Origin: Amoebidium appalachense
Taxonomy: Eukaryota; Protista; Ichthyosporea
Direction of reading: 5' to 3'
DNA length: 64,000 bases
NCBI GenBank assembly: GCA_963693365.1
Contig: CAVNZM010000002.1
Coordinates: 2,620,259-2,684,258, forward strand
The notes under the pieces were generated by a model, which searched no databases, was not told the DNA's origin, and worked only from the letters and a program-made list of their open reading frames with translations. Shown piece after piece: positions 63,345 to 64,000 of this stretch. The position numbers and the translations under genes are program-made. The number at the start of each line of letters is the position of its first letter. Positions within the stretch are counted from its first letter, which is position 1.

Positions 63345-63518
63345 TGTGTGTGTGTGTAGGTGCATGTGTTTTCGGGTGTGCCCTGTGTGTGAACGGGTAT
63401 GTGTGGGTGTGGGCATTTGCCTTCGTATTGCATTGTGAGAGGAAGGAAATTGGACGGTTAGAAAAAGGGATGAAGAAGAAGAGTAGACATCGGACCCGAA
63501 GGGGCTGGGGGAGGGGGG

Positions 63519-63549
<31 letters not shown>

Positions 63550-63661
63550 CTGAGGATTTATGCAGAACCAGAAAGCACTGATTGAGGTAGTGGTTGTAGT
63601 AAGGTTCAACAAACGAAGAAACGGTGTGGGTGCAAGTGCATGGTGGATTTTTGGGTATGGG

Positions 63662-63718
<57 letters not shown>

Positions 63719-63887
63719 TATTGGTGGGTGGGTGGGGGGGGGGGGGGGGGGGGAGAGTCGGTAGAAAGATATTGTTTTTGTAGAGCCCCGTGGATGTGTA
63801 TGCATCCACATGTGCATGTGTACCTTGTGAGTTCACGCGGCGATGTACGTGCATGTATGTGTTTTTTTTTGTTTTTTTTTTTTTTTT

Positions 63888-63929
<42 letters not shown>

Positions 63930-64000
63930 ATGCAGCACAGTCTGGAGTAAATATTGTACTGAAAAACCTAATGGCCACAAGGGGCCCCGGGCAGGGGGGG

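Overview
Gene-dense eukaryotic DNA with spliceosomal GT-AG introns packed with (CA)n/(GT)n, (GA)n and long poly-G/poly-C tracts. The SH2 adaptor and the BC10 gene suggest a unicellular holozoan or related protist, but this is an inference. Almost all ORFs in the supplied track are microsatellite artefacts. Splicing by hand gives ten protein genes: the 3' part of a coiled-coil hypothetical protein (+), a CDPK-like kinase with 4 EF-hands (-), an SH2 protein (+), an SLC45/SUT-type sugar transporter (+), an aldo-keto reductase with an internal frameshift (+), BLCAP/BC10 (-), a bacterial-type GNAT (-), Nup35/Nup53 (+), a nicotinamide-riboside-kinase-like enzyme (+) and the 3' part of an RRM protein (-). 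There is also a U6 snRNA gene with TATA and upstream elements. The most striking unexplained signal is a dispersed family of at least 11 5'-truncated intronic repeats. Nearly all end directly at a C-run and all lie sense to their host gene. The three longest copies carry a ~160-nt covarying, pseudoknotted RNA fold with separated hammerhead-like core motifs, a candidate new ribozyme or retroelement RNA. Two tiny hairpins flanked by 8-bp duplications look like P-element excision footprints, and there are two TTAA-flanked Kolobok-like MITEs. All alignments and folds were done by eye.
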